Origin: an uncultured Butyricicoccus sp.
Lineage (GTDB): Bacteria; Bacillota; Clostridia; Oscillospirales; Butyricicoccaceae
Length of the DNA stretch: 40,311 nt
Assembly: GCA_947575935.1 (NCBI GenBank)
Contig: CANPPM010000001.1
Span: 1-40,311, forward strand
Direction: 5' to 3'
Part shown: positions 1-8,749 of the stretch, piece by piece
Position numbering within the stretch: position 1 is the first letter of the stretch
How the letters are laid out: every line of letters starts with the position of its first letter
Translations under genes and position numbers: made by a program
The notes under the pieces: generated by a model
What the model was told of the DNA's origin: nothing
Databases searched by the model: none
The model's input: the letters and a program-made list of their open reading frames with translations, nothing else

Positions 1-43
1 TCCCTCCGGTTTCTATGTTTGCAGATGACTGAGAGCAGATGAT

Positions 44-95
44 ATCCGCCCCCCGGAATGCGTTTGACGGTCCTCAAACCGCTTCCAGGACAGAC
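44..95 (-). promoter_or_regulatory. Structured 5' leader (long irregular hairpin), possibly a ribosomal-protein leader
   Basis: GUCUGUCC-UGGAAG-CG-GUUUGA-ggaccg-UCAAAC-GC-AUUCCGG-GGGGCGGAU lies between the promoter and the RBS; the downstream gene is outside the window. Confidence 0.4.
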
Positions 96-107
96 TCTTA
101 CTTCTAT

Positions 108-136
108 ATAATAAGATCTTCCTGATGTTCTGTCAA
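108..136 (-). promoter_or_regulatory. SigA-type promoter for a gene lying just left of the window
   Basis: Minus strand TTGACA (136-131), 17 nt spacer, TATTAT (113-108); RBS GGAGGGA at 7-1. Confidence 0.75.
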
Positions 137-328
137 GGGCGGCGTGTAAAAACCTACCCATTTCCGTGCACCTCGCAGACGGGGCGGCGGATGGCCGACA
201 TAGTGCGGTCATGCCGGTATGATTGTCCGGAAAGCTTTGCCTTTTAATGTCTGGTACGAAGCGGTTCTATTACCACATAAAAATCGAAAATTCGCCCGAA
301 ATTGGTCGGATGCTAAAAATTAAAGACC

Positions 329-358
329 GTATATGCCCCATAGCGCGGGGGGATGCTG
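329..358 (+). promoter_or_regulatory. Candidate SigF/SigG-type promoter of sigG
   Basis: GTATA-N15-GGGGATGCTG versus the B. subtilis SigF consensus GYATA-N15-GGnnAnAHTR (1 mismatch). Confidence 0.45.
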
Positions 359-412
359 TTTACAGGGATCCCCAGGGATCCCGTCGCAAACCATTTGAGA
401 GGGGCTATCGAG

Positions 413-1183
413 ATGCAGCTCAAGGTAGAGATTTGCGGTGTTAATACCGCGACGCTTGCCGTGCTTTCGGCAGAGGAAATGGACACGCTGCTGCACCGTG
501 TCAAGGACGGCGATCGGGCCGCAAGGGAAAAGCTGATCAGCGGCAACCTGCGTTTGGTGCTGTCGGTCATTCAGCGCTTTGGCGGCCGTGGGGAGCCGGT
601 CGATGACCTGTTTCAGGTTGGCTGCGTGGGGCTGATCAAGGCAATTGACAATTTTAATGTGGACCTGGGGGTCCGTTTTTCGACTTATGCCGTGCCGATG
701 ATTATTGGCGAGATTCGCCGCTACCTGCGGGACAATAGCGTTATCCGGGTGTCTCGTTCCATGCGCGATACGGCTTATCGCGCACTGCAGGTCAAGGAGG
801 AATTCATGCGTCAACACCAGCGCGAGCCGACCATTACCGAGATTGCAGAGGCGCTGGAGATGAAAAAGGCCGAGGTGGTCTTTGCGTTGGATGCCATTTT
901 GGATCCGGTATCGCTGTTCGAGCCGGTCTGGGGCGAAGAAGGGGATGCGCTTTGCGTGATGGATCAGGTTGGTGACACCAAAAATACAGACGACCAATGG
1001 CTGGAGCATATTGCAATTAAGGAGGCCATCGACGGCCTGAGCGAGCGGGAGCAGAAGATTGTCCGGATGCGCTTTTTTGAGGGGCGCACCCAGATGGAGG
1101 TTGCACAGGAAATCCACATTTCGCAGGCTCAGGTTTCCCGCCTGGAAAAGGGCGCGCTGGAGCGCATCCGCAAAAAGCTGTAG
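413..1183 (+). CDS. sigG: Sporulation sigma factor SigG
   Basis: N-terminus KVEICGVNT is diagnostic of SigG; GNLRLVLSVIQRF, DDLFQVGCVGLIKAIDNF, RFSTYAVPMIIGEIRRYLRD, TQMEVA..ISQAQVSRLEK; RBS GAGAGGGG before ATG 413. Confidence 0.96.
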   Translation: MQLKVEICGVNTATLAVLSAEEMDTLLHRVKDGDRAAREKLISGNLRLVLSVIQRFGGRGEPVDDLFQVGCVGLIKAIDNFNVDLGVRFSTYAVPMIIGEIRRYLRDNSVIRVSRSMRDTAYRALQVKEEFMRQHQREPTITEIAEALEMKKAEVVFALDAILDPVSLFEPVWGEEGDALCVMDQVGDTKNTDDQWLEHIAIKEAIDGLSEREQKIVRMRFFEGRTQMEVAQEIHISQAQVSRLEKGALERIRKKL

Positions 1184-1295
1184 GCCGCCGGAGGCCTGCG
1201 GGAGCGATGGAAAAAGGAGGCCCCGGATGGCTGCTGCACATCGAGCGGGATTCACAACCAGATGAAATGGGCGGCAGCGATACAGGGCGCAAGGG

Positions 1296-1340
1296 AAACG
1301 GGGATCTATCATCAGATCACGATGATAGATCCCCGTTTTA
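1296..1340 (+). terminator. Perfect 18-bp inverted repeat, probable sigG terminator
   Basis: AAACGGGGATCTATCATC-agatcac-GATGATAGATCCCCGTTT. Confidence 0.65.
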
Positions 1341-1465
1341 TCTGCGAAAGAAACGGCTTCGAAATCGGGTACGGTTGGTATGACCGATTCATGATTCGCC
1401 CCGCTCAAGTTCCACCGGTTCAAACCGGGCGTTTTCCCACAGGGATCGGGAGCAACGCCGTGAAT

Positions 1466-1803
1466 ATGGATGTCATGTTCCACTGTTTCCTGGTTTCCGT
1501 GGTTTTTCCGTTTGTCTTCGGCGCGGTTTCCGGGGGAGTTATTGGCAGGGTACGTAAACCGTTGCCCGGGATGCTGCGTTGGCTGGCCAGCCGGTAAAAA
1601 GGCCGAAAACGGTCCTTTCTGTGCATGGCGCCTGGATGGATGAACGGCTTGACAGCTTCTATCAATTCAGCGACCCTGATGCGAAGGCTGATCACGGACA
1701 GGCGCGGAGAGGACGGGACTGAGGCTCCGCTTTGGCAGTGGTTTTCCTTGGAATATTCTTCATATCCATCTCGTTGGTACAGCGGATGGAGCGGGGCCGA
1801 TAA
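1466..1803 (+). pseudogene. Fragments of a decayed membrane-protein gene upstream of the cellulose synthase relic
   Basis: Hydrophobic segments CFLVSVVFPFVFGAVSGGVIG (in ORF 1466-1597) and ALAVVFLGIFFISISLVQRMERGR* (1729-1803) are in different frames; the latter ends just before the next RBS. Confidence 0.35.
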
Positions 1804-1823
1804 ACAGGAAAAGGAGTAAAAAT

Positions 1824-2343
1824 ATGACGTAGAAAAAAAGAAGCTGTGGTTGGTCCTGATGACGGTTTCGTCGACCGTCTATATACTTTGGCGGCTGTTT
1901 TTCACTTTGCCGCTGCACTGCGGGATTGTTTCTTTGGTCGTGGGAATCGCCCTGTTCGCGGCGGAACTTATCAGCCATCTGGAGGCGCTGATCCATATGC
2001 GTTGTATTACCCGCGAGCGGGAGATTCGGCTTCCGGACGCGCCCAAAAGCATGTTTCCCCATGTAGATGTGCTGATAGCCACCCATAGTGAGGATGCAGA
2101 GTTTCTTTTGAAAACAGTGAACGGATGCTGCCATATTTGCGAGAAAGAAAACGGATTCCGCTACATCAAAGGATAGAAACCACAGAGGGCGACGCGGTGA
2201 CCGTGGCGGATTTCAACTACCAGTACATCACACTGGAAGGGACGGAGGAGAGGGATGTCCTTTCACTGGACGGTCTCAAAGCAGAGAAACGGCATAGCCC
2301 GCAGGCTATGCCGTTTCCTGAATACAGTTTGGATATTGTCTGA
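1824..2343 (+). pseudogene. bcsA: Cellulose synthase catalytic subunit (BcsA/GT2) relic with nonsense, frameshift and a large internal deletion
   Basis: RBS AAGGAG, then ATG ACG TAG and a frameshift at an A7 run; YILWRLFFTLP, ALFAAE and FPHVDVLIATHSEDAEFLLKTVNGC match the BcsA N-terminus; the sequence then jumps frame to PilZ-like RERKRIP...DFNYQYI. Confidence 0.75.
2286..2317. terminator. Perfect 14-bp hairpin between the convergent bcsA relic and asparaginase
   Basis: GAAACGGCATAGCC-cgca-GGCTATGCCGTTTC. Confidence 0.6.
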
Positions 2344-2439
2344 TGCATGCAGCCCGGAAGGGGTTCCCAGTTTCTGCAGAGAAGGGTCCCAACGCGCGCT
2401 TTTCCCCCGCGGGCGGCGACGGTTTCGTTCTGCCAAAGG

Positions 2440-3351
2440 TCAAAGCTCCCCGCACATGATCGCAGCAAGCGCATCCTCCGTAGAACGGTGCCCCAGCGAA
2501 ACAGCGCCCATTGCCTCGGCGCGGCGGCCCACCTCGTATTTATGCAGGTTGGTTTCGCCCTCAATGCATTGGCTGGTCAGATAGACCTTGGTGCCGGAAA
2601 GGATCAGCTTTTGCACGACCTTTTCCAGTCGGACTGGAATGCCGCCCGAGCCAAAGCCCTCAATAATGACCTTTTTGTACTTGGACAGGAAGGTAATAAT
2701 TGACGGATCCAGGTCAGGAATCAGTTTCATAAGAACGACATTTGGATCAATCTCTTCCACAAAGAAGGGTTCGCCGCCCAGCCAGGGCACAATATTCAGG
2801 ATCACTTTTCCGGTGATCGGGTCGACGCGCCCGGCCTGCGGCGCATTAACCGAGCGGAAGCAGTCCAGCTCGGTCGTATGCACCTTGACGACGTGGTTGC
2901 CGCGGATAATGCGGCGGTGCAACACGGCGCAGACGCCGCAGTAGGCGGATGAAGCCACCTTGAAGGCGTCAATCAGATTCTGCTCAGCGTCTGAATCAGG
3001 CATCCCGAGCGGGACCTGCGCGCCGGTGATGACGACCGGCTTGTTGAAATTGCGCAGCACGTGATAAAGCAGCGCCGCGGTATAGCTGAGCGTGTCAGTC
3101 CCGTGCGCGATGACGAAGCCGTCGTAGAGCGGGTAATTTTTCCAGATGAGTTCGGCAAGCTGCATGCGGTCTTGAGCGGTCATATCAGTTGCGTCAAGGC
3201 TCATGGGATTCTCGACGACGACCCTGCAGATACGGGACAGGTCCGGAAGGAATTCCAGCAGCTCTTCCCCTGTCAGGGAGGGCGCCAGCCCGCGCCCGCT
3301 CTGCCGGCTGGCAATGGTACCGCCGGTGGCGATCATTAAAATATGCTTCAT
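2440..3351 (-). CDS. ansA: L-asparaginase, type I (cytoplasmic)
   Basis: ATGGTIAS and HGTDT catalytic Thr motifs, PVVITGAQ, EGFGSGG; RBS AGGAG before ATG 3351. Confidence 0.92.
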   Translation of the reverse strand: MKHILMIATGGTIASRQSGRGLAPSLTGEELLEFLPDLSRICRVVVENPMSLDATDMTAQDRMQLAELIWKNYPLYDGFVIAHGTDTLSYTAALLYHVLRNFNKPVVITGAQVPLGMPDSDAEQNLIDAFKVASSAYCGVCAVLHRRIIRGNHVVKVHTTELDCFRSVNAPQAGRVDPITGKVILNIVPWLGGEPFFVEEIDPNVVLMKLIPDLDPSIITFLSKYKKVIIEGFGSGGIPVRLEKVVQKLILSGTKVYLTSQCIEGETNLHKYEVGRRAEAMGAVSLGHRSTEDALAAIMCGEL

Positions 3352-3415
3352 ATTGGTACAACTCCTGTTCTGGTCCGGAATCGGTGCTCCTCCAAATACT
3401 TCTCTTCTATTTACC

Positions 3416-3444
3416 ATTTTAAGCGCATGCGGCACGCTTGTCAA
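3416..3444 (-). promoter_or_regulatory. SigA promoter of asparaginase
   Basis: TTGACA-N17-TAAAAT. Confidence 0.7.
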
Positions 3445-3622
3445 TCGCTTTGCAGGATGTTTTTTCAAAAGGCGGTGTCGCGGGGCATGGCTCCGGGGTC
3501 GGGAAAGCAAAAACCGGAGCGCCCAAAATGCCCCGATTCACTTTCAGTATATCAAAAAAAACGGAATTTGCAAACTGGCGGAAGCAACGAAAAAATCAGA
3601 TGTTTTTCGGCGGTTCGGCCGA

Positions 3623-3651
3623 TTGACGCGGGGCGCGGAGCGTGGTAAGAT
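3623..3651 (+). promoter_or_regulatory. SigA promoter with extended -10 pointing into a region with no intact gene
   Basis: TTGACG-N17-TAAGAT preceded by TG. Confidence 0.55.
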
Positions 3652-4084
3652 AAGTACAACAAACAGAACAGAAAGGGTGATGGCAGAAACCGCGAGTATC
3701 ATCTTCTGATTGTTGAATTGATGTAGAAAGGGGTGGGTCCAATGGTAACGGAACACTTTTTCTTCCAGTCCGGGCGACTCGCCGGGATACACTGAGCCGA
3801 ATGCGCCGAGGGTAGAAAACGGATCATTCCGCCGACAATGGGCCGATGGGCATGCTGATGAGCATGGCGGGGAAGGCGTCCGAACCTATGGAAACGAGAT
3901 CCCAACAATGGGAATGGCAGCAACAAGGCAGCGTACCGGATGGAAGTGTACAACTGAATACTTTTGAATAGATGACAGGTCGTCTCGCAGTGTTTGCACA
4001 GGTGAGACGGCCTTTCTTCGCGTTTTGTTTCTGCCGCCGCGCAGCATGCCGGCGCGCGGTGAAAAGAGATTCCCTCCCTGGCAA

Positions 4085-4831
4085 TCACAGGGGGGAGGCA
4101 TTCTGTGATTCGGGCTGCGGAAGAGCGCTTTCCCGTTCCATTTGCTCAATCAGCGGGGCAAGTTTTGCCAACTCGCCGCGCAGATGGTCCTGATAGGCCA
4201 GCATGGCTTCCAGGTCGAGCGGCTCCAGCCGTTCCAGCTCGCCGCGCAGATAGGATTGATAATCATGCATTGCATCGATGTCCCGTTCCTGCAGCAGCTG
4301 ACGCCGGCCTTCGGCCTCAAGCGCGCGCGCCGTCCGTTCCCTTTCGTCCAGAGGGGACGGAAACAGCCAGCTGATCAGCAGGGAAAAAGCGACGCCGATG
4401 CCGGTATCGAGAATCCTTGCGAATACGTAGGAAAAGTGGGTCGGGTCTGCTACCGTATAAATGACCACAAAAAACACGACCGCCCCTGGCTGGACGCCGC
4501 CGTATGCGTGCGTCAGCTGACAGATGTACATGAGCAGCAGCAGACCCAGGGAAAGATAAATCCATTGTGGGATCCATTCGCTGTATTCATGATACAGCAG
4601 ATAGAACGGCAGGGAAACCAGGCCGCCGATCAGCGTGCCGATAAAGCGGTTTCCGCCTGCGGCCAGTCCGCTGTTTAGGCGGTTGCCCATGCCGAATACC
4701 GCGCCGATACAGGCGAAACAGGCGGAACGCCCTAAGCAGGAATACAGGATTGCGATCAACGTTGCCGAGATGATGGTCTTGATGGTCCGCCCGCCAATCG
4801 GCGGCAACGGCTTTTTTTGTGTGTTGTCCAT
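4085..4831 (-). CDS. Aromatic acid exporter / FUSC-family membrane protein
   Basis: IGGRTIKTIISA, FACIGAVFGM, NRFIGTLIGG, RILDTGIG; about 6 TM segments; C-terminal 22-aa duplication. Confidence 0.8.
   Translation of the reverse strand: MDNTQKKPLPPIGGRTIKTIISATLIAILYSCLGRSACFACIGAVFGMGNRLNSGLAAGGNRFIGTLIGGLVSLPFYLLYHEYSEWIPQWIYLSLGLLLLMYICQLTHAYGGVQPGAVVFFVVIYTVADPTHFSYVFARILDTGIGVAFSLLISWLFPSPLDERERTARALEAEGRRQLLQERDIDAMHDYQSYLRGELERLEPLDLEAMLAYQDHLRGELAKLAPLIEQMERESALPQPESQNASPL
4151..4282 (-). repeat. Two diverged 66-nt in-frame tandem copies
   Basis: DIDAMHDYQSYLRGELERLEPL / DLEAMLAYQDHLRGELAKLAPL; shared CTCGCCGCGCAGAT at 4172 and 4238. Confidence 0.8.
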
Positions 4832-4978
4832 AGTTTTCTCCCTGTTGTCGGTCCGGGGACCCATTTTTTGTCTTACAAAACAGTGCCTGACGGACATATG
4901 GCCGCCAGGCTTTGCTGCATTTTGGAAAATCCGCAAGGGGTCAGAAAAATGCGCCTGCTACTGGGGCGCGTTCGCCGG

Positions 4979-5584
4979 TCAGCCACGCCCGGGCAGCGGG
5001 GCTCCGCTTTCCGGGATGCGGTCGGCCTCGGTCAGCGCACGGAGGACACGGCAGGGGTTGCCTGCGGCAAGGACGCCCGCTGGGATCGTCTTTGTAACGA
5101 CGCTGCCTGCGCCGATGACGCTGCCCGCGCCGATGGAGACGCCGGGCAGAAGGGTTACCGACGCGCCTAGCCAGACATTATCGCCAAGGGTGATCGGGCT
5201 TGCCTTTTCCAGGCCGCGGTTTCGCTGTTCAAACAGCAGCGGGTGCGCTGCCGTATACATCCCGCAATTGGGGCCGATAAAGCAGTTGCGGCCAATGGTA
5301 ATCGGGGCGCCGTCCATTAAATAGGCGTTATGATTGAGAAAGGTCCCGCTGCCGATCCGGCAGTTGTAACCGTAGTCGGTATAAAAGGGGGCGAGCAGTA
5401 CCACATTCTCGGACATGTGCGGCAATAGCTCGTGCAGGATGGCCGCCTTTTCTGCGGCAGCGCGTGGATCAGCCTGATTGAAGCGGTGGCAGAGGACCTC
5501 GGCAGCTTCGCGATGAGCGAGCAGCTCAGGGTCGAAATTTGCATCGTACCATAGGCCTTGGTTCATTTTTTCCCGTTCTGTCAT
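4979..5584 (-). CDS. maa: Maltose/galactoside O-acetyltransferase (hexapeptide repeat)
   Basis: MTEREKM..G..YD, PFYTDYGYN, hexapeptide repeats, IGAGSVVTK, AGNPCRV; promoter TTGACA-N17-TATCAT at 5667-5639. Confidence 0.88.
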   Translation of the reverse strand: MTEREKMNQGLWYDANFDPELLAHREAAEVLCHRFNQADPRAAAEKAAILHELLPHMSENVVLLAPFYTDYGYNCRIGSGTFLNHNAYLMDGAPITIGRNCFIGPNCGMYTAAHPLLFEQRNRGLEKASPITLGDNVWLGASVTLLPGVSIGAGSVIGAGSVVTKTIPAGVLAAGNPCRVLRALTEADRIPESGAPLPGRG

Positions 5585-5724
5585 AATATAAAGACTCTCC
5601 TCTGTGCTGGAATGCACCCAATGGCGCTGTACATCTTTATGATATCGCGTGCGGCGGAGGCTGTCAAGCCCTATGGAGGGCCCTGCGGGAAGCTTTGCGG
5701 AAGGCGGCGCATCCGGACGGCGTT

Positions 5725-6750
5725 TCAGCGTTGGATGCGGCCGGAGGCGTCCCCGCCGGTAAGCTTTTCGACTTCGGCGGCTGAAACCAAATTGTAATCG
5801 CCTGAAATCGAGTGCTTGAGCGCGGATGCTGCGGCTGCAAATTCGACCGCAGATTGAAGATCTTTGCCGGTCAGCAGGGCGTAAATCAATCCGCCGCCGA
5901 AAGAATCGCCGCCGCCGACGCGGTCGATGATGCGCAGATCGTATTTTCTAGAAAAGCAGGATTTGTCCGTGCCGGCATCGTACAGCATCGCGCTCCAGCC
6001 GTTGTCAGAGGCGGAATGCGATTCACGCAGCGTGATCGCCACCTTTTGAAAGCCAAAGCGTTCGGCCAGCTGTTTGGCGACGGATTGGTAGCCCTGGCGG
6101 TTGAGCGTGCCGGCATAGATGTCGGTTGCTTCGGCCTCGATGCCAAAGACGTCCTTTGCGTCTTCTTCGTTTGCAATGCAGACGTCTACATACTGGCACA
6201 GGCCGCTCATAGTAGCGCGCGCCTGTTCACGCGTCCAAAGCTTGCCGCGGTAGTTCAGATCGCAGGAGACGGCGACGCCATGCGCTTTCGCCGCTTGGCA
6301 GGCGGCGCGGCAGATGTCTGCGACGTTTTCTCCCAGTGCGGGGGTGATGCCGGTGAAATGGAACCAGTCTGCGCCGCAGAAAATACGGTCCCAGTCAAAG
6401 TCGGCCGGAGCGGCTTCCTGTATTGCGGAATGCGCTCGGTCATAGATACAGACCGAGCCGCGCTGGGAGGCCCCTTTTTCGTTGAAATAAATGCCGACGC
6501 GGTCTCCGCCGCGCACAATCATGCTTGTGTCGACGCCGTAGCGCCGCAGAGAGTTGACTGCGCACTGGCCGATCAGATGTGCGGGAAGCTTGGTGACAAA
6601 GGCCGCGTCCACCCCATAATTTGCTAGGGAGACCGCGACGTTGGCTTCGCCCCCGCCAAAGCTGAATTCCAGTTGGTTGGCCTGGAAAAAACGTTCGTAG
6701 TGATACGGCTGCAGACGGATCATCAGCTCGCCAAAAGTTATTGCTTTCAT
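5725..6750 (-). CDS. kdgK: 2-dehydro-3-deoxygluconokinase (PfkB family)
   Basis: TFGELMIRL, GGGEANVA, DLNYRGKLW, DRVGGGDSF; adjacent to KDPG aldolase. Confidence 0.9.
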   Translation of the reverse strand: MKAITFGELMIRLQPYHYERFFQANQLEFSFGGGEANVAVSLANYGVDAAFVTKLPAHLIGQCAVNSLRRYGVDTSMIVRGGDRVGIYFNEKGASQRGSVCIYDRAHSAIQEAAPADFDWDRIFCGADWFHFTGITPALGENVADICRAACQAAKAHGVAVSCDLNYRGKLWTREQARATMSGLCQYVDVCIANEEDAKDVFGIEAEATDIYAGTLNRQGYQSVAKQLAERFGFQKVAITLRESHSASDNGWSAMLYDAGTDKSCFSRKYDLRIIDRVGGGDSFGGGLIYALLTGKDLQSAVEFAAAASALKHSISGDYNLVSAAEVEKLTGGDASGRIQR

Positions 6751-6775
6751 GATTTTCCTCCATTGACCCTTTCCG

Positions 6776-6810
6776 AAAAACCGTCCAAGAGATACGCAGG
6801 TTTTGGACGG
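6776..6810 (-). terminator. Intrinsic terminator-like hairpin between eda and kdgK
   Basis: Minus RNA CCGUCCAA...UUGGACGG followed by UUUUU. Confidence 0.55.
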
Positions 6811-6852
6811 CTGCTGGATAAAATTTGACGCTGCATCGCGCCTGTGCGGCTG

Positions 6853-7512
6853 TCAGGAACCGGAGGCCGGGCCGCTGCGCGCCTCCCGGATGATGGCTGT
6901 CGACTGCCTGCACAGGTCGGTGATCTCAGCCCACTGCTGGCGGTCGATTAAATCTGCAGAGACCATGTAAGAGCCTCCGCAGGCGGCAACCAATGGATTT
7001 CTGATATAATCCCCCAGGTTTTTCAGGGAGATGCCGCCGGTTGGCATGACCTTGAACATGGAAAACGGCGCGCCCATCGCTTTGATTTTGTCTAGGCCGC
7101 CCGACTGCTCAGCCGGAAAGAACTTCAGTACGGTTAATCCGAGCCGGTATGCGGCGTGGTAGTCGGTCGGGGTGGTGCAGCCCGGGTAGATGGGCAGTTT
7201 TTTTTGCTGGCAGTACCTGACCAGGTCGGGATCCATGCCGGGCGTGACAATAAATTGTGCGCCTGCCATAAGCGCTTCATCGATCTGCGCTGTGGTCAGG
7301 ATGGTGCCTGCACCGACTGTCATATCTGGGAAAGCCTCTTTCATCAGCCGGATGGCGGTGGCCGCGCCGGCGGCGCGGAAGGTGACCTCTGCAACGGCGA
7401 CGCCGCCGCCGCACAGCGCCTTGGCCAGGGGGACGGCGTCGCGTTCCGGGCGGCTGAGCCGGATGACTGGCACAATGCCGGTTTCAGAGAGTTGACGGGT
7501 GATCTGATCCAT
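6853..7512 (-). CDS. eda: KHG/KDPG aldolase
   Basis: GIVPVIR, AEVTFR, VGAGT, AQFIVTPG, LKFFPAE, MPTGGI. Confidence 0.93.
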   Translation of the reverse strand: MDQITRQLSETGIVPVIRLSRPERDAVPLAKALCGGGVAVAEVTFRAAGAATAIRLMKEAFPDMTVGAGTILTTAQIDEALMAGAQFIVTPGMDPDLVRYCQQKKLPIYPGCTTPTDYHAAYRLGLTVLKFFPAEQSGGLDKIKAMGAPFSMFKVMPTGGISLKNLGDYIRNPLVAACGGSYMVSADLIDRQQWAEITDLCRQSTAIIREARSGPASGS

Positions 7513-7689
7513 ACGGAAATTCTCCTTTTCTCGTCGGCAGGACAAAGTTTAATTTTCAGACGGTATTTATTCTGCCAAGATTTTTGCTGTGAAATGCGTG
7601 CGGGGAAAAACAAAAACAATTTTTTTATGGATTTTATCGCGTGGTGATGCTATACTGATAGTAGAGATCATTTCCACAGGAGGGATTCC

Positions 7690-8589
7690 ATGGAGCGCGT
7701 AAAAACAGCGCTGGCGCCTTATATAGATACGATAGAGCTTTTGGAACATGAGCCGATGAGCCGTCATACCACCTTTCAGATCGGCGGTCCGGCTCGGTAT
7801 TTCATCCGCGTGGGGCCGGATACGCCGGTGGGCGCGGTGCTTGCGGCCCTGCATCGGGCGGAGGCGCCGGTGGCGGTCATCGGCCGCGGCTCGAACCTGC
7901 TGGTACGCGACGAGGGGATTGCAGGGGTGGTCGTGTGCATGCTGGGCGCATGCCGCATTAGCGTGGACGGTGTGCAGATTTGTGCGCAGTCGGGGGCGGC
8001 GCTGTCGCAGATTGCGGCTGCAGCGCTGGCAAATGGACTCACTGGGCTGGAATTTGCGGCGGGCATTCCCGGCAGCCTGGGCGGTGCGGTTTTTATGAAT
8101 GCGGGCGCGTACGACGGCGCAATGGCTGATGTGGTTGCATCCTCGCGCTATGTACTGCCGGACGGGACGGAAGGCAGTTTGTCCGGTGCAGCGCATGGTT
8201 TTGCATATCGGGAAAGCGTGTATCGGATGCATCCGGAGCGGCGCGTTCTTTCTGCATGCCTGACGCTGCGCCGCGGGTCGCCCGAGGAGATACGCGCCCG
8301 GATGGATGAGCTTGCAGCCCGGCGGCGTGAAAAGCAGCCGCTTGAGTATCCTTCGGCAGGTTCTACCTTCCAGCGGCCCGCCGGACATTTTGCCGGACAG
8401 CTGATCGAGGGCTGTGGACTGAAGGGATATGCGGTCGGCGGCGCACAGGTTTCCGAGAAGCATGCAGGGTTTTTGATCAACCGCGGCGGCGCGACCGCAG
8501 ATGATATGCTGCGCCTGATCGAGACGGTTCGGGCACGCGTCCTTTCGGCATATGGGATTGAGCTGCAGTGTGAGGTGCAGATTCTTTAA
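7690..8589 (+). CDS. murB: UDP-N-acetylenolpyruvoylglucosamine reductase
   Basis: HTTFQIGGPA, GRGSNLLV, GIPGSLGGAVFMNAGAY, QPLEYPSAGSTF, SEKHAGF. Confidence 0.96.
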   Translation: MERVKTALAPYIDTIELLEHEPMSRHTTFQIGGPARYFIRVGPDTPVGAVLAALHRAEAPVAVIGRGSNLLVRDEGIAGVVVCMLGACRISVDGVQICAQSGAALSQIAAAALANGLTGLEFAAGIPGSLGGAVFMNAGAYDGAMADVVASSRYVLPDGTEGSLSGAAHGFAYRESVYRMHPERRVLSACLTLRRGSPEEIRARMDELAARRREKQPLEYPSAGSTFQRPAGHFAGQLIEGCGLKGYAVGGAQVSEKHAGFLINRGGATADDMLRLIETVRARVLSAYGIELQCEVQIL

Positions 8590-8749
8590 GAAACCGCTTT
8601 ATGGCAGAAGAAACGGCGGCGGGGAGGGGTTCCGTGCCGCAGCCCCCCTGGGGTGCGGCGCCGCCAAACAAAGATACCTTTTTACAGCGACATTTTGCAT
8701 TTTATAAAGATAAGAAGTATGGGGGCAATCACTGGAAAGTGGGGAAAAT

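Noticed and set aside
320-1483. 387-aa minus-strand ORF
   Set aside because: Antisense shadow of sigG caused by GC-rich codon usage; no motifs
1296-2317. Hairpins starting AAACGG that flank the bcsA relic, as possible mobile element ends
   Set aside because: Similarity is limited to about 7 nt, with no transposase or target duplication; better explained as terminators
4872-4887. CTTACA half-site upstream of the FUSC gene as a third RR box
   Set aside because: Second half (TGTAAG) is absent
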